Under the pieces are notes generated by a model. That model saw only the letters and a program-made list of their open reading frames with translations, searched no databases and had not been told where the DNA came from. DNA of 63,546 bases, counting the filler. It is 7 parts of 7 records of this genome, joined end to end, with 100 filler letters (N's around TTAATTAATTAA, not from the genome) between each part and the next. Parts side by side here need not be neighbours in the genome. Positions count along the whole stretch, not along the records: positions 54,546 to 63,546 come from SRR2962707_4744; 6 more parts are not named here. One strand, 5' to 3'. Positions within the stretch are counted from its first letter, which is position 1. Every line of letters starts with the position of its first letter. Positions 57,501-63,546 of this stretch are shown in pieces. The position numbers and the translations under genes are program-made.

Positions 57501-60500
57501 TCAGCCTCCTTTGTGTGTGGTGTGGCCTTGGGTTGGCTCCACACCCAGCAGTTGGAAGATATCGAGGACAGGGAGCGCAAATACCGCGCATGGTACGTTT
57601 CAGACTTGTGATAAAAAACATGCCGACCTTCAAAGAAGCTCGCTTTGGTCGCAAGTGATTTTCCGTAATGGTTCTCGATCCCGGTAGGTACAACGCCACA
57701 CATGTACCACTCGAGAGAGGGACCCATGATCGACAGGAAGTGCGCGCTGGGAGTGACGGAGGTCGGGTGGTTGATGCGGCGGAACGTCGGAAGCGGGCAA
57801 TATTTGAGAAGGACATGGCGACCCGAGAAGCTGCAGCCGATGTTGGGCCAATCGCAGAAACGCGGAAGGCGTGGGCGCAACTTGTTGCGGTGTCAAAAGT
57901 TTTTGACCCTCACGCTCAAGTGGCGACCACCACGAAGGTCCTTGACGAGGCCAGGATGTTCAAGGGGTGGGGAGCGAAGAAGAAACTTCGTGCGGCAGAA
58001 GACGCGGCAAGAAGTGCGGCAGCAGCCGCTGGAAAACGAGTGAGCGACGTCAACGCCGCTATTGCGACGGTTCTTTCTCTCAGCAAGCGCGACAGCAAGG
58101 ACGCGATCGAGGATTGGCGTGTGTACGCTGTTAACCCGTTGGCTGACGGGTATGTATGACTCTATTGACAACCGATGGTTGCAGGGTCAAGCTTGGCTTG
58201 TGTGTGATTGGGCCGTTTTTTTGAAGCGGCTGCGTCCTTTCCTATGGCATCATAGATTCCCTGCCGCTGCTCGGGCGGTGTCTGCCGTCCTGTGCCCCAT
58301 AAAGCAGAAGGAAGATTTGAGATCTTATCCCGATGGAATCGCAGCAAAGGCTCGTGATTTGCCGTCGCAATCCTCTGATGTACCGAGCATTCCAAGTCAT
58401 TTTGCGTACAACGCGCGCACGCTCCGCGGAAGATGGGTTATGCTTGGCGGGGGATACTCGAGTCTCACCACCGAAGGTTCGAGCATCGGCGTGGATAGTG
58501 GGCCGGTAAGTGTTGAGAACATTCCCATTTCCGTTGGGGCACAAGCTGAAGCAGAGTTGGATGAACGATGGGAGAAAGAAGCTCGGCGCAGAAAGCGATG
58601 GCAGGAAAAGGCGGACGAAGCTGTGCGTGCGGAGAAGGAGCGCCGCGGGATGTACGTATGGGCACGTGCGAGCGTTCTTGATATTTCTCTGCTTTTGTAT
58701 GACAATATGACTAGGTTTATTATTCGAGTACGTACGACTGTTTCGAAGGTACGCTGAAGATATCAGTATACATCGTCGACGAGCCAAGTCTTTCCTGGCC
58801 AACAATCGAAAACGTATTGCTTTTCAAGTACAACAAAAGCGAAAATTCGATCGCATGTCTGACGAGCTCGCAAAGTACGGGAACTGGCAGCTGAAGAGAT
58901 TACAGTGGCGGTCTGCACTTGCGTGCCATCCGGACGGGAATACTTTTCTCCTGCACGATGCCGCCAAAGGGTATGACGTAGTGTTGAAAGAAAGCGTGGT
59001 GCGACCTGAAGACGGCGAGTTTTGCCTCGAAGCCTTTATGTGCTTGCGAAATCACTGCGCTGCACTGGGAACCGACGCACATGTCGCACAAATCAAGCAA
59101 ACTTTTGTGACACCACTGCTCGGAGATCGTGCATCAAATCGTGTCCGGTTTGGGCTGTTGACCCGCTTTGCGGGTGGTGGAACTCTTGTTGACCGTGCTC
59201 AGCATCGAGTCCCTCCACCACAAGCCCTGAGTTGGGTACGTCAAATTTGTGCTGGGCTCGCAGCGTTACATGACTGCAAAATGGCGCACGGGCACTTAAA
59301 CCCGAACGCAGTTTGTTTTGACGAAGTGACGGGTGGGGTGGTTCTTGGCAACGCCAACATTAGCCGCAGCGCTAATCGAGACGAGGCAAAGAGCATGGAA
59401 GAGGATTTGACAAATGTTGGCCATCTTCTTCGTCTGATGGTCAGTGGAACGAAAGGGAGAACGCACACAACTGTAAGTACAGTGGCCACTCGCAATGTCG
59501 TGCGAGACGGTAATCAAAGCAAATTGAATGAGGATTCCAATCGTCGACGTGCAGCTGCAGCTAGCGTGCCGTGGAGCAATGGGCGAACCGTGGCCTCCCT
59601 GTTGGATGCGTTGGCCCCACAGCGCGCGCATCCTACGTCCGCTCATGAAGTGATTGGTCTGATTGATCGAGGAATGGTGTTGCGGGTGTCGAATTTGGCG
59701 ATTCCGTTGCAGGCGGACGCTGCTCCAGCTACTGAAACGCTGGACAATGCGCATCACTTCCATTTTGGAGACATTCGGCGCCAGGGTAGGCTCGAAGTCC
59801 CTGGCAGTGACGCTGGTGATACATTTTTTGAGGACGTGGAGGAAAGTACTGCCAAGTTCGTAGACAGGGAAAGGCACGCAAGCATGCACTTACAACCGCG
59901 TCAAGCAGACGGCGTTCAGTTCTCAAACAACCTGCTTTTGAATCCGGCAGCGGAAGATGGGAGTGCAATGAAGACCCCCACAGGGACATCTCGCGAAAAC
60001 ATCAACCTTCCTTCCGCATCGCAGGTAACAACAACTGACCGGCAGGAAGTGGCTGCTAGCAAGCGACATCGGCGATCATTGGCTGTTCCGGCTGTTCGAC
60101 GCGGCCCCCGTCCTGGTGCGGGACGCAGCTTGACAGCAAAACTCCCTGTGCGATTCCCAGCGAAGCCCATGCGTAAGCCTCAAGTAAAGGACTCCACCAA
60201 GGATTCACACACAAGGGTCAACGAGTCGAGTCCAGTGTACCAGGTGAACGTGGAGAAAGCTCTTTGTCGACAGGCTGCTGAAAAGGCATTGGCCAACCAT
60301 GCCGTGTTTCTGATGACAACTGAGGGGCGGGACAAGCTGCAGCAGCAGATCGCGCTTTCAGCACGATTGCGCACCCGGCTGATGGAACTACTGCCGAACG
60401 GCCATTTTGAGACCAATGCACGATTGAAAGAAGCACACGAATTATTTGCGCAGTTTGACTTAAACACCGGATGTCGGCGCGAAAGGGGCAGTCGGGATGA

Positions 60501-61518
60501 CGCAGACGATGTTGTGGTCGCAGTTGTTGTTGATTTTTTTCGTGGTTTGTTCCACGATGACAGTAACGCTCGCGAGGCTGAAGAGGCAGTGCGAGTGGCC
60601 GAGGCGCAGGCCGCCCGAAAATCCGAAGAAATCAGGCAGCGGCTTCTGGAACGGGCAGCAGAAACCGAAAAAAACGACTCCGAAGCTTCCCTGCACGACA
60701 GGGACGAAGATCAAATTACCGAGCCGACGCCAGACGTCACAGCATCAGCCACTTCCGCTAAATTGCAGGCCTTGAAGGATGAATCGACTCAGGTGAAGCG
60801 AGATGATTTAAGCGTTTCCTTGGCGAGGACCAACAGTTCGCGGTTGTTTGATCCATTAGTGAGCGATCGCGGGTCAAGTTTGGGAAACGCTTCAAATGAG
60901 GTTTGCGGGGACAAGTCATCCAATACTGGAGGAGAATCTGATTTGTTGATATCACGACAAAGTACCTGTGATGAACTCGCACAAGCTGTGTTTGCTGCAC
61001 TGGATATGGAGAAAATGGGGACTGTCTCCTTCCACAAATCCTTGTACTCATGGTTTCGTAGGCAAGAAAAATGTCTGCTCCGGGTACAGGCTTTGCAGGA
61101 GGAATGCGCTGCTGCTACCGCTACTGTTCGCGCGGACGGGAGTATTGGAACCCGCGCCAAGATTGCACGGCTACAAAATGAGCTTACCAAAAGCATATTG
61201 TTGGTGGAGACTCGGTGTGATGAAGTTGATGCTCGGGAACGAATGTCCGCTGCGAAGGTGCGAGATGCCGAAACTGCGGCAGTGCTGAAGTACAGAGAAT
61301 ACCACCCCCCACCAGCGCCGCCATTGTGGTCACAGGTCGCACTATTGCGCAGAATGAACGAGGTCGGGTTAATGCAACGCAGCAACTACGACCAGCAATT
61401 ACTCGATCTTGGTGATGAAGGGGGAGCTTTTAGGAGGCAGTTACTCGGAACCGAGGATGTTGATGAGGGTAAGGGTATTTTCAACGAATATGACTACGAC
61501 TGGGATCTCGCAGAGTAA
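54575..61518 (+). CDS. ~2,043-aa multidomain protein: 3 WW domains, UBM-like motif, SAP domain, pseudokinase, degenerate EF-hand-like motifs; 8 exons
   Basis: Introns 55639-55727, 56154-56278, 56813-56966, 57264-57382, 57593-57687, 58123-58255 and 58652-58748 give 6,132 nt in frame. WW: W...YFYN..T..VQW, YFWNPATGESRWERP, YYWNSATGESRWEAP. PADFDPKEWAAMPRDLQKEM; LRVKDLRNL....LSTIGLRPDLTSRL; QICAGLAALH...AHGHLNP. Confidence 0.72.
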
Positions 61519-61840
61519 GTTCCTTGCCCATTCCACCAGAAAAGGACTTTCACTTTTCCAGATTTGTCCACGGAAATCCACTCGCAATTCTTTCGTGTGG
61601 GAAAGCTTTTTATTAGCGTTTGTAACGTTATTTATTTACTTTTATGATTCATCTTGCTGTCATTGTTTTAAGTTTGTGAAATGTAAACTTGATTTTAATT
61701 TCCGGTGAGCGCAACAGAGCGCAACTTCCACTCTTTGAAAAATCAGGCAAGGTTGGTTGTTGAGGGGCTTCTGTGGCTAAGTTGTTGCTGCGACATCGAT
61801 TGGTAAGTTACGGTGATTTGTAATACGAAATTTGTCTCCT

Positions 61841-63546
61841 TCATTCGCGGTGACTGTCTGGTTTCCTGGGGATGTACGCTTCCATTCCGTGGCCATCTGT
61901 AACGAACTCCTCCCACTTGTTAGGGGAGTGAAACCAAAACGTTAACCTGAGGTTCAGCAAGAGCCAATGGCTGAATGAGCACCCTTTCGACCGGAACAAC
62001 ACGACCTTGGGTGGAATTCCACAGATTTCGTATTTCACTTACGACACGCTAAAGCCTTCGGACTCCACTTCATGGGCCCATCCTGCTGGCAAGTATCTAC
62101 GCGGTGCAACAATGCGTTGTAAACTTGGGCGAACAAACTACCAAATGAAGTGTTCGAAGAGCAAACGCAGAACATGTCAAGTCAACAGCCTACAGTGTTT
62201 CGCCTTCGTCAATGAAGAACACCGACTGCGTCGCAGTCAGCGGGCGAGGAAAAAACGCTGGATCGACCCCTTCAGTCGCTGTTCCAAAGGTGCTGAAGCG
62301 CGTTTCAAAACCGTAGAACTTATATGCGTCGGGGCTACCAGAATAACCACAGGTGAGGAAACAGTGATCAGTGATGTGGCCAATTCAACGGTCGTTGGTA
62401 CCCCGCATGCAACGCAGCACAATGGGTGCTGGCTGCGCACCGAGGTTGTGCGCTAAGAAACCCATCTTCAGACACCGAGTCCGGGGGAATGATAAAATCT
62501 AATTTCAATGCGTCATTTGGGCTCATGATCCTCCTGCAAACAGGCATACAGCACAACAACGAATCGAGAAAACTATCGTGCTCTCTTGATGCCGAAACCG
62601 GGCAATCAGGTGGTCAATTTGACTATCAACAACGGACCACCGTTTTCTTCCTCGAATCACGGCATGTAGGTTGTCCAGGTTGTCGTAGTGAAGACCCGAC
62701 TTCCCTGGCATTGGACGCCGAAGAGCCTCTGCCAAAATGCAAGAATGTGTTGGCAACGTCATTTCAGAAAGGGCTGCACACGAAACGTAATGGCGGGCAA
62801 TACAAGCACTGGGTTCACTCCCAAGACTGCGCACATACCAGCCAAAGAAATATTGTTATAATCTTGTGTCACAACGTCATGCATCCCAATCGCAGAGTGA
62901 CCTAGTTTCAGTCGTAAAACCACAACAGACGGACGCGGCCGCAGCAAAAAAAAATTAGTGGCGCATTCAAACCACTAGCAGCAATTGGCAAGGTCAGTCA
63001 CGGACTAACCCATCCACATTGTGACAGAAGTGAAGCGTTCTTTGAGATCTGCGGCTTGTACAAAAGGCGGAAGGGGAACCTGGGTGAAGAATCAGCAACA
63101 CGACTAAAGCCATGGGTGGTAGGTTGTTGCAATAGTTCCAGTTTTACATCTCCACTTTCATACCTCATCGGGCATGCGGTTGAGGGGGAAAAGCCGAATA
63201 TCCTATTAGTGCCACAGGCAGCAAAACCGAAAAAGAAAAATCACTCACAAAAAAAGCGGATAGCGCACACAGGATTGCAGCGTGTACGCTGGAGCAACTT
63301 TGCGTGAGAGTTGGTCCTTCCGTTGGCCTGTGTTGTGATAAATATCGCTTACTCTTTGTTCACGTCGAGGGGACCCTGCGTCGAAATAGCACTTGTGCAA
63401 CTGCGTATTCATTGGTTGATCTTCATCAATGAGCAAATGAGAACTTGGCACATTTTCGTTCTCATTATTGTCTTGGGTCCAATTCCAGGAGTCAATAGCC
63501 TGCGACAAAAAAATGACACCACCAGCACCAGCACCAGCACCAGCAC
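61841..63546 (-). CDS. JmjC / cupin_8 2-oxoglutarate-Fe(II) hydroxylase (spliced, 5' end outside window or unresolved)
   Basis: SGLHYDNLDNLHAVIRGRKRW (HxD, K); spliced IDEGETL|YLPAGWAHEVES (distal His); last exon LTFWF...stop 61841. Confidence 0.78.
63519..63546. repeat. (GCACCA)n microsatellite at window end
   Basis: Tandem hexamer seen directly. Confidence 0.8.

Overview
This is not one chromosome. It is seven unrelated contigs joined by 100-nt N/TTAATTAATTAA/N spacers (7011-7110, 14048-14147, 23076-23175, 37308-37407, 46423-46522, 54446-54545), so no gene-neighbourhood argument can cross a spacer. Five contigs come from a compact intron-containing microbial eukaryote, probably a stramenopile-like protist (inference), with ~90-160-nt introns, GTRCGT-type donors and microsatellites at contig ends. 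Manual splicing gives a DUF1295 membrane protein, a secreted pectate-lyase-like protein, an ankyrin/TM protein, a ~38x thrombospondin-type-3-repeat surface protein, an R2R3 MYB, a ~3,615-aa propeller/coiled-coil protein, a SAM methyltransferase, a ~2,043-aa WW-UBM-SAP-pseudokinase protein and a partial JmjC protein. The best candidate for something new is a 13-exon, ~1,706-aa ankyrin-kinase-TIR-(TIR-like)-serine hydrolase fusion whose catalytic motifs all appear intact. Contig 14148-23075 is a Rhizobiales-like alphaproteobacterial singlet-oxygen/furan-fatty-acid cluster (photolyase, ufaD-, ufaO-, ufaM-like, MFS, SDR, chrR). It has four TGAWCC-N16-CGTA ECF11 promoters, no rpoE gene, and a ChrR lacking both zinc-binding cysteines. 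Contig 46523-54445 is an ordinary gammaproteobacterial (Marinomonas-like) rpsT/murJ-ribF-ileS-lspA-fkpB-ispH region ending at an rrn P1 promoter. No CRISPR array or transposase was seen. All family calls come from motif recognition by eye, not database searches.
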